Below the pieces are notes generated by a model. The model worked only from the letters and a program-made list of their open reading frames with translations, was not told the DNA's origin and searched no databases. Position numbers and translations under genes: made by a program. A DNA stretch of 64,000 nt from a virus, in IMG/VR virus record IMGVR_UViG_3300028534_000018, positions 21,934-85,933 of that record; one strand, given 5' to 3'. Shown piece after piece: positions 18,563 through 30,200 of this stretch (the stretch's first letter is position 1; every line of letters starts with the position of its first letter).

Positions 18563-19312
18563 GTGACACATTTTGTGTATCCATATATAAAAACAGAAAA
18601 TGATTATGATTTAAAAAAATCACTAAGATCGATATACAAAAACTATATAGGTAATTTTGATATAACAATAATAGGTGAAATCCCAAATTGGATAAATACA
18701 CGAAAAATTGTATCTATTAAATTTATGAACAACCTGGTTCCACGAGTACAGAATGCAACACTTGAGAAGATGATTTTAGCAAACAGTTTATACGATTCTT
18801 TTGTGCGTATGGATGATGATCAATTTTTTATTAAAAAAACATCACTAAATGATTTAAAAAAAATAAGATTTCTTGAATACTATGGTTATGATGAATCATT
18901 GCGGAACCAGAGAGTGCAAGGAAATAACTATATCCAAGCACTAAAGCGTACATATTTTGAATTAAAAGATAGTGGAATTGATGAAAGTAAAATAAAGAAT
19001 TTTGCCAATCATGCTCCATATTATTTTGAAAAAAATAAATTCAATAAAATAGTAAAAATGTTTGATTTAAAAAATGAGATAGATAGCAATAAATTTGCAC
19101 TTATATTTGAAAACCTATATTACAATATATTCAACAATAATGACAGCATATTGTTAAATAATTTTAGAGCTGGATTTTATGGAGATAGGCATAATGATAT
19201 AACAAATGAAACACACATACTAAACTACAATGATATTGGATATAAAAAATACAATAAAAAAATAGAAAGAGAATTGAATATGTTTAACGACAAATGTGAT
19301 GCAGAATTGTAA
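18563..19312 (+). CDS. Stealth-like / glycosyl-phosphotransferase-like protein
   Basis: LKKSLRSIYKN, GEIPNWIN, FVRMDDDQFF, HAPY motifs; GTG start with AAGGA RBS. Confidence 0.55.
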   Translation: MTHFVYPYIKTENDYDLKKSLRSIYKNYIGNFDITIIGEIPNWINTRKIVSIKFMNNLVPRVQNATLEKMILANSLYDSFVRMDDDQFFIKKTSLNDLKKIRFLEYYGYDESLRNQRVQGNNYIQALKRTYFELKDSGIDESKIKNFANHAPYYFEKNKFNKIVKMFDLKNEIDSNKFALIFENLYYNIFNNNDSILLNNFRAGFYGDRHNDITNETHILNYNDIGYKKYNKKIERELNMFNDKCDAEL

Positions 19313-19371
19313 GTACATATATAGTATATATAATATATAATACGGCATAAAAAATAATAAAAAGGAAACAT

Positions 19372-19848
19372 GTGAAAAAGTTTGATCTTTTAGTTCGAGA
19401 AATATGCTCAATAAATGAAGATAAATGGGGAAATAAGCGAGGATCTTATAAAGATGAAGTTGAGTGCGCATTTCCTATTGAAGAAGCTTTAGAGGGCTTT
19501 TCTGGGCTTAAGGAACTAGCAAGAACAATTGGAACCAGCGAAATAGATCCAAAATATATTTCAAGACTTATTGTTAGTCTAGCAAATAATGAAGATGAAT
19601 TGTCTACAGTTGACAGAATAGATAAGCATATTGATATCTTATATTACACAATTGGATCATTACATAAGATTGGATTGTCGCCAAAAGATATCAATAAAGC
19701 ACTCGATATTGTTCATCAAGCTAATTCTCAAAAATCGGGTAAGAAAGATTCATCTGGAAAAGTAATTAAATTATCTAATTTTATGGAACCAGAAAAAGAA
19801 CTTCAAAAAATTGCAGACAAAGTAGATAAAGCAAATAGAGAAAGATAA
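19372..19848 (+). CDS. MazG-like all-alpha NTP pyrophosphohydrolase
   Basis: IEEALE, DKHIDILYY, VHQANSQK...DSSGKVIK...F.EPE. Confidence 0.7.
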   Translation: MKKFDLLVREICSINEDKWGNKRGSYKDEVECAFPIEEALEGFSGLKELARTIGTSEIDPKYISRLIVSLANNEDELSTVDRIDKHIDILYYTIGSLHKIGLSPKDINKALDIVHQANSQKSGKKDSSGKVIKLSNFMEPEKELQKIADKVDKANRER

Positions 19849-19854
19849 TATATT

Positions 19855-19879
19855 GATGACGTAATAAAATTACGTCATC
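19855..19879. terminator. Perfect hairpin at the convergence of the two transcription blocks
   Basis: gatgacgtaat-aaa-attacgtcatc. Confidence 0.6.
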
Positions 19880-22800
19880 TCTTTAAATATCTTAAACAGT
19901 GCTGGTTCCTCAAATGTCTGTTCAATCATAGTCTCCATAACATTAACTGGTGAATGTATTCTTGCATCAAAATTAGCACTAATAGCACTATCACCAAACG
20001 GACTATCTTCATATAAAGATCCACCCATTGCAAGAACAATGGCAACGTTTAGTGGATTTTCAAGTGTTGTGTTTTTAATTACTCTCTGAATACCTTCAAG
20101 AAATTTAGAGAACATAATGAATCCTCTAGCATTTAACCACTGAAGAAACTTGCCATGATTAAAGTTGTAGTTTATCTGGTTATCAAGTACTCTTTTGATT
20201 GCTTGTTCTTTAGTTGCTCCAAGCTTTTTCATTCTATTGTATGTTGAATATCTTGCAGCAAAATCACTATATTGCATTGTCAATAACAACGCTCTAAACC
20301 CAACAGTTTCCTTTGTTAAATATACAACATCTAGTGGTTTTTTGATATAAGAAGGAAGCTTCTCCATTGTTTCATTTATTTTTTCATCAAAATAACCTTC
20401 CTTATGTAAATCTTTATTTGTAAGATCTTCTGTTGCGGATGAAAATAATCCAGCCTCAACAAGTTCTCTTACTGGATTTTTGTTCATCTTATTTACTACT
20501 AATTTTAATTGATCTTGATCAGCCTGAGTTGCATTTCCAGCTTTTATTTTAAGTATTAATTCATGTTTCTCTCTTTGAAGCAATCTATATTTATGAAGAT
20601 ATATCATACCTCTTATTTCTTCTGTTACTTCTTTTATTGGATTTTGACCTTGAATTATTGCAAGTAACACATTTGATAATATATTTGCTTTTAGTACAAT
20701 AAGATCTCTTACAACAATATTCACTTTTTCTATTTTAACCAAGTGTCGCCAGAACGAATCAAGATATGTTAAAAATTTTGTAAATGAATTATAGTATTTA
20801 CTATTTTTCTTTGGAAGAAAAGATGCTTCTCTGTTTCCAAAATAATGATAAACTAGATTTCGCCTAACATGAATCGCTGGTGGAACATCTAATATTTCTT
20901 TTGCTCTACTAGCAAAATATTCTTCATTTTGATTTTTTTTCTTTTTACTATCAAGTGGTTGAACTTCTTTCATAAAATTATCATAATATTTTTTGAATAT
21001 TTCACTTTGTAATTTTACTATTTCTTCTGTTGTAGCACCTTCATCATCTTTTATATTGTCAAACTCCTTTTCCAATTCTTTTATGGCTTTTGTAAAAATT
21101 TTGTCATAATTTTTATCAATCAATCCATACTCTTGTGCAAGATCGGATATAAGCTTCATCTTCATCTTGAAGCCAGATTTCATCATTTCGATCTTCATGT
21201 ATCTTGGCAATACTGGCCAAATCTCTTTATTTAAATCATTATTTTCAGATGGACCGATTGAAACATAACTCATTGCATTTTTTGTTCCATAATTTGTTTC
21301 ACCAGAATAGTTCTCAAACATATCTTTTTCTATTTCGTGCAATATATTCATATTATTGTCTTTTGCTTTATTCAAAAGAACTATTTTAGATGTTGTTTTA
21401 CCAAGAACAGTGTCAATAGAATTTTTTGTTTTTGTGGATTGTTCAAGTATTTCTTTATTGACTGATATGTCAAGATCAGTTACAAATACTTTTCCTTTTT
21501 TATCAATAGAAAATAAAGGTCTTACACCGATATCAGATCCATCTTTATTATCTTCTTCTATATTTAAATTATCAGTCATATACATTGCAGAAAGATAATA
21601 TTCAACATCATCTTCTATTGTTTTTTTCTCTTTTTTAATCTCTTCTCTAAGCTTTTCCTGCTTCTCTATATCAAACATATCTTCTGGAGCGATCAAACCT
21701 TGTTTATATACATTAAAGTATGAATTTATCTTAACACCATCATTGGCCATTATCATACCTTCACTTACCCACCCTGGTTCCGAAAAATCATCATTGATAT
21801 ATAAACCAAACTTTGAATTAAACGTTCCACCACTTGTATGGTTAAAGTAGTCTGATTCATTCTTTTCTTTGTTTGAATTATAATCAACCATAAAATTTAT
21901 ATAACTTGATGATATTTTTTCATGATATCCCTTTACATGATTAAATTCAAAATTGTATGAATTGTAACGCTCTTTTTCTTTTAATATTTTTTTATCATAT
22001 TTTAATATTGAGAGGATTGCATCAGGATTATTCTTCATCATATTAAGTGTATTTTTATTGTGCACTTCGTTAGTGTGAAGTAGCGCATTAAGCGTAGCCA
22101 ACTTATCGATTTCCTGTAATACGATTTGTCCAGTAGCCGTTGAGTTACGCTGGCTAATACCATGTGCATGCCTGGTTCCATCAGCCATTCCATGAATTAG
22201 ACTGCTGTTTGGCAACATACCTTTATTTGCCATGCCAGTGACCATATACTTGCCAAGATATCGTGTTTGATTAACTATGAAGTTATATTCACTATCAGAA
22301 TTAGTCATTTCTTTTATTTTGGCTTTTGTTTTTATTATTTCTTTTTCTACTTCTTTTTTGTTTTCAAGTAATTTTTGTATTTTTTGCAATTTTTCTTTTT
22401 CTGTTCCTGCAGAATAATCATCTATAAGTGATTGTAAATCTATATCAAGAAGTATTTTTGTCATACTGTGACTTTCTTCTTTTGTTGGTTGATTATCACC
22501 AAACAATGCTCTGATTAGTTCTGCTTGACCAGAAAGAACCATCTCTGTTTCATATTCTATTTTATTTGATTGCAATCCAAGTTTTTCTACGCGCTCTTCA
22601 AGATCATCACTGTTTCTAAATATGCGAATAAGTTGCTGTACTGTTCCTTCTGGTTTCATTCCAAGTAATTCAAGATATGATTCGAAACCACCAATTGTTG
22701 GCATATCATCAGAAGATACCCACTTTGCAAATATCTTACCAAGCATCTTTACTTTATCTATTGCTGTTTTATCTTCTTTGTTGTCTAAAAAATCTTGAAG

Positions 22801-24237
22801 TTCTTTTTCAAAATTTTTGCCAGCAGCTGTTCCAGCCTTCTTCTGAGCTTTTCCTATCCATTTTTTTAGTATTCCACTTAGTTTTTTATTTGCATGATTT
22901 AGAAAACCACCAATAGCATTTACTGCTTTATTTGATTCCTCTATTTCATGTATAGCCTTGTTGTTGATCCTGCTTATTCTCCCTATATATTTCTGCATTG
23001 CAGTTAAGCCATCTAGGTTTACATCAGAATCTGATACGTATTTTTTTAATTCTTTATATATATTTTGAATAAAGTATAAAACTTTTTCAAATGCGTTTTT
23101 ACCTTCTTTATAGTCATATTTAACTGTTATTTTGTCTTCAAGTATTTTACGTACAGTAGCATTTGTTTCAGCCATTACTATAAATTCATTAATGCCAACA
23201 TCATGTCGCTTTAGATATGCTATCTGATCTTTTGCTATTTTGCGTTCAAGTTCACGATCAATAGACTCATTAAGTGGTGGCATAAAGTCTTCTTCTGTAA
23301 CAACTTCAAGAAACTGTTCGTATATCCTTGTTATTGCATCCATATCATCTGCAATAACATCTGGAAAGTTTGCTTGAGCAAATTCCAATGAAGCATGTTT
23401 TAATTCGTGAACATATACTTCTATTGCACTCATCTGGTTCCTTGCAAGTTGTGGACCATGATTGATATTGATATATATCCCCTTATTGTCACCTTCCATT
23501 ACAAGCTTACCAGTAGTTTTTTTTGCGTGCTCATTTATGACCTGAACAAGATGCGGTATAGTTTCTCTCATCGCATCAGTTATATTTGCGAGAACATCTC
23601 TTAATGTTTGTCGATACTCATCAGAAACTTCAACACTATCTATTTCGGCAAGATGGTCAAAAATCTCAAGAAGTTTGGTTGTATCATTTATTGCTTCAGC
23701 TTCAATAATCGTTGCATTTTCTTTTGAATAGTCTATGTCACCGACGGAGGACCCAAAAGTTTTTGGCCTTGGAATATCATATATTTTATTTTTTGTCTTA
23801 GTTGATAACTCTTCATGTGCTTTTTTTATTTCATCAATATCAAATTTTATATTTTTAGTCTTTTCGACAGGTTTCCCACTGTTATCAATTGTAATACCAT
23901 CTTCGGATACATGTATGATTTTTGCTTTCTTGTCTTTATCTGATATATATAATATCCTATATCCATGTTTTGTTTTTTCTGTGCTATACACCTTCATTGA
24001 CTTGGCACTAGAGGAACCAGATCTGTGATGAACAATTACAGGCTTTACAGTTTCATCAATAAGTGATGGAATATTATATTCATCTAGTGCTGTTTTAACA
24101 AGTTCTTTTATCTTTTCCTGACTCTTGATACCGCTTTTTTTAATATCAGATACGAGCTGATATATAAAATCAACAACATTGTTGTGTGTTTCTCTTTTGC
24201 TAAAAATATTATTTTTATTTATTGCACATGTAGACAT
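19870..24237 (-). CDS. Large virion protein, probably equivalent to the C-terminal part of N4-type vRNAP; zincin HExxH motif
   Basis: EVYVHELKHA ... NEF; ATG 24237 overlaps the upstream stop (TAATG); single Cys seen, at position 4. Confidence 0.65.
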   Translation of the reverse strand: MSTCAINKNNIFSKRETHNNVVDFIYQLVSDIKKSGIKSQEKIKELVKTALDEYNIPSLIDETVKPVIVHHRSGSSSAKSMKVYSTEKTKHGYRILYISDKDKKAKIIHVSEDGITIDNSGKPVEKTKNIKFDIDEIKKAHEELSTKTKNKIYDIPRPKTFGSSVGDIDYSKENATIIEAEAINDTTKLLEIFDHLAEIDSVEVSDEYRQTLRDVLANITDAMRETIPHLVQVINEHAKKTTGKLVMEGDNKGIYININHGPQLARNQMSAIEVYVHELKHASLEFAQANFPDVIADDMDAITRIYEQFLEVVTEEDFMPPLNESIDRELERKIAKDQIAYLKRHDVGINEFIVMAETNATVRKILEDKITVKYDYKEGKNAFEKVLYFIQNIYKELKKYVSDSDVNLDGLTAMQKYIGRISRINNKAIHEIEESNKAVNAIGGFLNHANKKLSGILKKWIGKAQKKAGTAAGKNFEKELQDFLDNKEDKTAIDKVKMLGKIFAKWVSSDDMPTIGGFESYLELLGMKPEGTVQQLIRIFRNSDDLEERVEKLGLQSNKIEYETEMVLSGQAELIRALFGDNQPTKEESHSMTKILLDIDLQSLIDDYSAGTEKEKLQKIQKLLENKKEVEKEIIKTKAKIKEMTNSDSEYNFIVNQTRYLGKYMVTGMANKGMLPNSSLIHGMADGTRHAHGISQRNSTATGQIVLQEIDKLATLNALLHTNEVHNKNTLNMMKNNPDAILSILKYDKKILKEKERYNSYNFEFNHVKGYHEKISSSYINFMVDYNSNKEKNESDYFNHTSGGTFNSKFGLYINDDFSEPGWVSEGMIMANDGVKINSYFNVYKQGLIAPEDMFDIEKQEKLREEIKKEKKTIEDDVEYYLSAMYMTDNLNIEEDNKDGSDIGVRPLFSIDKKGKVFVTDLDISVNKEILEQSTKTKNSIDTVLGKTTSKIVLLNKAKDNNMNILHEIEKDMFENYSGETNYGTKNAMSYVSIGPSENNDLNKEIWPVLPRYMKIEMMKSGFKMKMKLISDLAQEYGLIDKNYDKIFTKAIKELEKEFDNIKDDEGATTEEIVKLQSEIFKKYYDNFMKEVQPLDSKKKKNQNEEYFASRAKEILDVPPAIHVRRNLVYHYFGNREASFLPKKNSKYYNSFTKFLTYLDSFWRHLVKIEKVNIVVRDLIVLKANILSNVLLAIIQGQNPIKEVTEEIRGMIYLHKYRLLQREKHELILKIKAGNATQADQDQLKLVVNKMNKNPVRELVEAGLFSSATEDLTNKDLHKEGYFDEKINETMEKLPSYIKKPLDVVYLTKETVGFRALLLTMQYSDFAARYSTYNRMKKLGATKEQAIKRVLDNQINYNFNHGKFLQWLNARGFIMFSKFLEGIQRVIKNTTLENPLNVAIVLAMGGSLYEDSPFGDSAISANFDARIHSPVNVMETMIEQTFEEPALFKIFKEMT

Positions 24238-27200
24238 TAGCACTTGTCCTTAACTTTTGATAACAATTCTTTTGTTTTGCTAGATAATTGTATTGTATCA
24301 TCTTTATGTTGTATTGACTCAGTATTATTTTTAGTATTTGATTCTTGACTAACATCTTCTTCTAGAATAATATCTGCAACAAATTGAAGAGATTTGAGTT
24401 TTATAACATTTTGTTTATTTTTTATAATATTGTAATATTTTTCTATACTTTTTCTTATTTGACTAACACTCTTATCTGTATTGGAATACCTATTTATTGT
24501 TGTTGGATCTTTTTGGAATAAAAATATATCTGCTATATCGTATAATTTCTTGTACTTGCTATCAATGAGTACAGTCTTGCCACTATTATTAAGTTCCGAT
24601 ATTCTTTCTTTTACTTTATCTAATATGTTCTTGTTTTTCAAACTCTTTTCATTGTTCTCGATTGAGGAACCAGATATGTCAGAGATGATTGTGTCGACAT
24701 CAACAACATCTTTATTTAGTTTTGATGTAAGTGTTTTACCAGTTCCCTCATGAGAAACAATAGTTTTACCTATAAATTCTTTTTTTACTTCATTGTATTT
24801 TTTATTATTGTTTGTTGAATAAAAATCATTTACATCGAATACATCTTTAGTTCTTGGCGTAATGGTAGATATTGCATTCTTTGCTCTAAAAATTGCATAT
24901 GGAACAGATATATATATTTCATTTCCTTTTGGTGTAGTCCATGTTGTTTTATGCTCTTTTTCGAAATATTTTTTATTTTCAAGAAGGTCGAGAAGTATTG
25001 CCTTTTCGCCTGTATATTCCTCTTTTGTTATTTCAGTTTTAAATGCATTAAGGGCTCTATATTCAGCTCTATACGTTCCTACAATTTCTTTCTTGCTTGT
25101 GTCATATAGATCATAACTGTATACACGCCCAATTATTCCATTTGTTCTTTCAATGTTTATAACTTCTACATTTTTTGGTGTAACAATATATGTTGAGAAT
25201 CTATTTGATTTTATAAGTTTTAAATCAACAGCTTTCATTACTATTTTTGCAAATCTTGTTATGTGAAATGCATTATCAGATAATGATTCAGCTATTTTTA
25301 CAAGCTTTTCATTTACTGGAACACCAAAATCATATATTCTGTTAACATTGTATTCCTTTCTCAGCTCTTCAAGTAATTTTCCTTTTTTTCTCATTCCTTC
25401 TTCTGAGATCTCAACATCAACATCGTGCAGATCTGTTCCTTTTTCTCCTTGTTTTCTATAGATATCTCCAGCAATAGCAAGTACTTCGGAACCAGTGAAA
25501 ACAGCATCATCATTCATTACTCTTGAAACTATTCCAAGAAGGTTATCAACTTCTGGTTGATTTGAGAAATCATACCACGGATCAACTTTTTTTGTTCCAG
25601 GTTTATGATCAAAAAGAATAGCATCTGATAGTATTTGATTTTCTATATTTAGTGCTATCATGTCTACATCTTTTTCTGGAATTATTTTGAAAATTGATCT
25701 AAGTGTTTTTACAATCTTTTCATATAATCTAATTATAAAACTTTCATCATGAAGTATGATATTTTTATTCATTATTGAAGCAACCTCTGATGCAAGTAAT
25801 TTTTTAGCATCATTGTGTCCAATTTTTTCTTTTTTCATTCTTTTTTCTATTGCATTCTGCACATAAGATGTTTCAGCAAGAAGTTCTATATATATAGTTG
25901 CTATGTTTTCATTAACGAGTGGTGTGCCGTTTTTTAGCTGCTCGATAGCAGTAAATATATTTTCTTTCCCATATGTTGTAACTATATTATTGAAATCAAC
26001 ATTTTTAAGAATACTATTCTTTAATCTCTTTTCATATTCAGTGAGTGTTTCATCAATATTTACATTTTCATTGCTATCATTGTTATTTTCTTCAGTTTTT
26101 ATTTTTATATCAATCTTCTCCCTGGTTCCAGGATTCTTTGCTTCAAGGAAATATCTTGTAATTTCGTTTTTGAGTTCCTCTTTTGTCTTATTGTCTATGT
26201 TTTTATTGAATATGTTTCTAAGCCATTGAGTAAACTTTTCCCACCATCTATAAGCCTTTCCTTTTCTATTAACAACCTCTTCACCTATTGCCTGAACAAG
26301 TGCTTCTTCTGATCCATACGATTTTATTGCATTTTTAACTACAGGCTCATTGCGGAACCAGTGAATATAATGGTGTGCATACTCATGTGGTAGAGTATCT
26401 GTTTTTGCAAGCATTGTATTTATAAGTACAACACCAGCACCAAGATCTGCTGATCCGCGCCTATTAAGTTGTTTATCCCTTTCGTATTTCAATATTATGT
26501 TTGGATATAGTTCAATAAGAAGTCGTTTTATTTTTTTATTCAATCTGCGATCAAAACTGTTTTCTTTGCTCTGATTAGTGCTTTGATTTTTGATATTATC
26601 ATTATCTTCAAGTGCATACTCAAGCATAACATCAAGCATTGATGCAATTTCTTTATTTTTTGATTTGTTGACTAAATTATATAATGTATCAATCTTTTCT
26701 TTTGTGTATTTACTGTATTCATCTTTATACTTATTAGCAATATTAGATAGAATCTCATCAATAATATTTCTTTCATATTCATTTATGTCATGACTATAGT
26801 TTGCAATAGTTTCAATAATATCATTTGCATCATCTATTGTTTCTATGTCATCTTTACCAGATTCTATTTCTCTAAAGAACTTATCAGAGGATGTTTCTTC
26901 TTCTGCTGATTCATCTACGCCATATTTTTCTTCATTGCTCTGCTTAGTATTTGTCTCTTTATTGCTATTGTCTATATTTGGAATCTTATCTTTAGGAATG
27001 AAACCGTCGTCTATCATTTTCTTGATTGTTGAAAATAATAGATTAACAATCGGCTTACCTGCTGATTCATAAATCAATGCATCAAACTTGTAATTTACTT
27101 TTTCATTTTGCTTTTCATTATTTATTGCTATTTTAATTTTTCCAATCTCACCACTATTTTTCTTAAATTCTATTGATAATATTCCATTCTCATAATCGTA

Positions 27201-30200
27201 TTTTATAATGCTATCTGGTTTTGTACCAGCTTTATAACGTGTGAATAGTGTTTTGACATCATCTTCGCTTAGTGAAAGGATGTCATCTAAGAATTCTTTA
27301 TTTTTATTGTCTTCATTTGTATTATTCTCGTCTGTATTGCTTTCTGGTTCCTGCTCTTGTTCTATATTGTTGTCTGTATTATCTGTAGTATCTTCTTTGA
27401 TATTATCTTCTGTAATATCAGTATTTTCTTTGATATCGTCATCTTGTTCTTCTGCTTTTTCTATTGTATTGATTTCTTTTTGTGATGTATTTTCTTCTGC
27501 TTCTTTGTTTTCTTTTTGTTCTTTCTTTGCATTATTTATGAACTCATGATATTCATTTGAATTCTTTAGATTATTTTTGATAAAGAATCCAATTATTGAT
27601 CTGTGCTCAAGATCATTTCGTGTTGCATCTTCTGTGGATGGTGCATCATTTAAATCATATATGTAATGCTCAAGCTCGCCATCTTTATTTTTCAGCACAA
27701 TACTTGCAGTATCATTCATTAGCATTACACTTTGTATTGTCTTTCCATCATCATGCAATTCTTCTATTGTGTTTTGAATGCCAACTGGCGTTTCACCATA
27801 TGGATTTAAATCGATTGAATTATTGTTTGCATCAGTAGTATTTTTTTGTGTCTCTGGTTCCTTGTTTCGCTCGTTGTTAGCGTTATTGCCTGAGTCTTCT
27901 TCATCATGTATTTTTGCAGAAAAGTCTAATATATCATCAAGTATTGTTTTATTTTCTTTTTCTGTTTCTTGATTTGTTTCTAACTTTTTGCCATGCTTTG
28001 ATTCTTGGCTATTATTGGTATTATTATCTTTAAGTAAATCATCTCTTAATTTATTCAATACTTTTGCAACAAGTCCATAATGACCTTCAATTGGAGTATT
28101 GTTTTTTAACTCTATTTTTTTACCATTTTCTATTGTCTCTTTTGTAAGCAATTTGCGGACTGCTTTGCTTTTTTTATCGGAACCAGTCATGTAATTTTTA
28201 TATAAAAGGTACATGACTTTTGCAGCATGATTATCATTAAATTCCTTAGCTGAACCAGGAATGAGTCTGAATTGTAATTGTGATCCAATGAAGTGAGCAT
28301 ATTCGCCAGTATGCTTTATATTATTGTTTCTTGCATCTTGCTGCTTGCTAACAAAATCTTTTGTAATGTTTTCAAGAAAAGCAAATATTTTTCTTGCACT
28401 TTCGTAAGCTATTTTTGCATTTTCTTTAGCCTCTTCTGTTGCTTCTGGATCATTAAATACCTCTTTAGCTTTCATTGCAAGGTATGCAGCTTTCTTTGCT
28501 TGGAATGCTGCTTCAAGTGTATCAAATTTATATACCCTGCTTCCACCATTCCCATCAGGAAAGCTAACAGATAATGGACCAGCGCCAAAAGGACTGAGAC
28601 CTCTTAGCGGACTATTTGTGTCATAAAATGTAAAATTCACCTCGTCTTGTTGTTGCTGATTTTCTTGCTGATTTTCTTGCTGATTAATGGAACCAGGTCT
28701 GAGATCATGCCTTATTTCCATTAAGATTCTTGGGAACTCTTCTTTCCACTTATTCTTTGCATTATGCGTTATCTTTTTCATTCCCGTGCTAAGTAGTAAA
28801 TCTCTTGCATTACTATTGTTATAATAATGATTACGCATAACTACTTCAAGTCTATTTGATGAAATCTTATCCCAAGTCTCTTTTGCCCCATTTAGCTTGT
28901 CAAGAGGTATGCTTTTTCCAATTTTCCATGCAGCATAGCCAGTTTTTGATTTCTCAAGCTCTACTATTTTTTTGTTGGCTTCAGATACGATGTCATTAAA
29001 TTCTTTATCGTTTATTATTCCTTTCTTTTTTGCAGCCTTTGCAACAGCTATTAATGATTCAGCCTTTTTAGCGTGGAAGGCTGCTTCGATGGTGTTAAAC
29101 TTCACGTCATACGTATTATCATTCTCATCGCGTAATTGAATTGTCACTGGTCCAGCATTGAAATTACTTAGCCCATTGTATTTATTTTTGGCATTTGACC
29201 ATACTTCTACTGTTCCTTCTTTTTCATCATATAGGTTTTTAATATCGTCTTTTGTGCTATTTGTGCTTTTTGTATCTTGTTGTGCACCTGGTTCCTGCTG
29301 TTGTTGATTATTAGAACCAGGAGTGCTATCCTGTTGACTATTGTTACTTTGATTTGTTTGTTTACTGCTTGTCTGCTGATCGCCACTATTTGGTATTATT
29401 TGTGGTATAGCGCCGAGTATAAATAGTTTCTTCTTTGCCCTACTCATTGCCGTGTACATTGATTGAGCATTGCTAAGTTTTCCTCTTGGGGTATTTGTCT
29501 TTGACCCCATTGATGCTGTTGGATCAAAATATACGTTTTCTATTGTTTGACCCTGTGATTTATATGACGTTATTGCATACGAATAATAGAATGGTACAAG
29601 TTCTGGTATTTTTGTTTTTTCTTCTTGTGGAATACGAGATAGGCTATCTTTGATGTATTTTCTATTATCAGGAACATTGCCTTCTATGGCAACATATCTA
29701 TTAAGTACATCTAGGTATGCACTTTCAAGATTTGTATTAGACGAAGCTCCAGTTAATTCTTTATTCAGTTCTGTAAAAAAACCTTTTGGCAATCTGACAA
29801 TAAAGTAATCATGTCCTCCATCAAGTGGTTTAAAGTAATATTCTTCAAGTTCTACACCATCTTTATAGATAATGGATATATTGAAATTATTTTTTCCATG
29901 CGGTATTTTTATATTTCTTGCAATTGCCCTATCTCTATTGCTGTTTGGTTCAACGATTTTTTCTATTTCATATTGTCTTCCATTCGTATGTTTAGTGTCT
30001 AATTCTTGCAGAGTATCGTAAAGAATTATTGTATCAGACACAGAGCCTTCATCACCAAATATAAATGGAAACTTGGCTGCATTTTCTTGTCCAAAAATTA
30101 GATCACGTACAACATTCGCATACTTTACAACATTCTTATTGTTATATGTTATTATTTTTGTTTGAGCAGGGTTTGATTTAAAATCGCCTCTTGCACGTTC

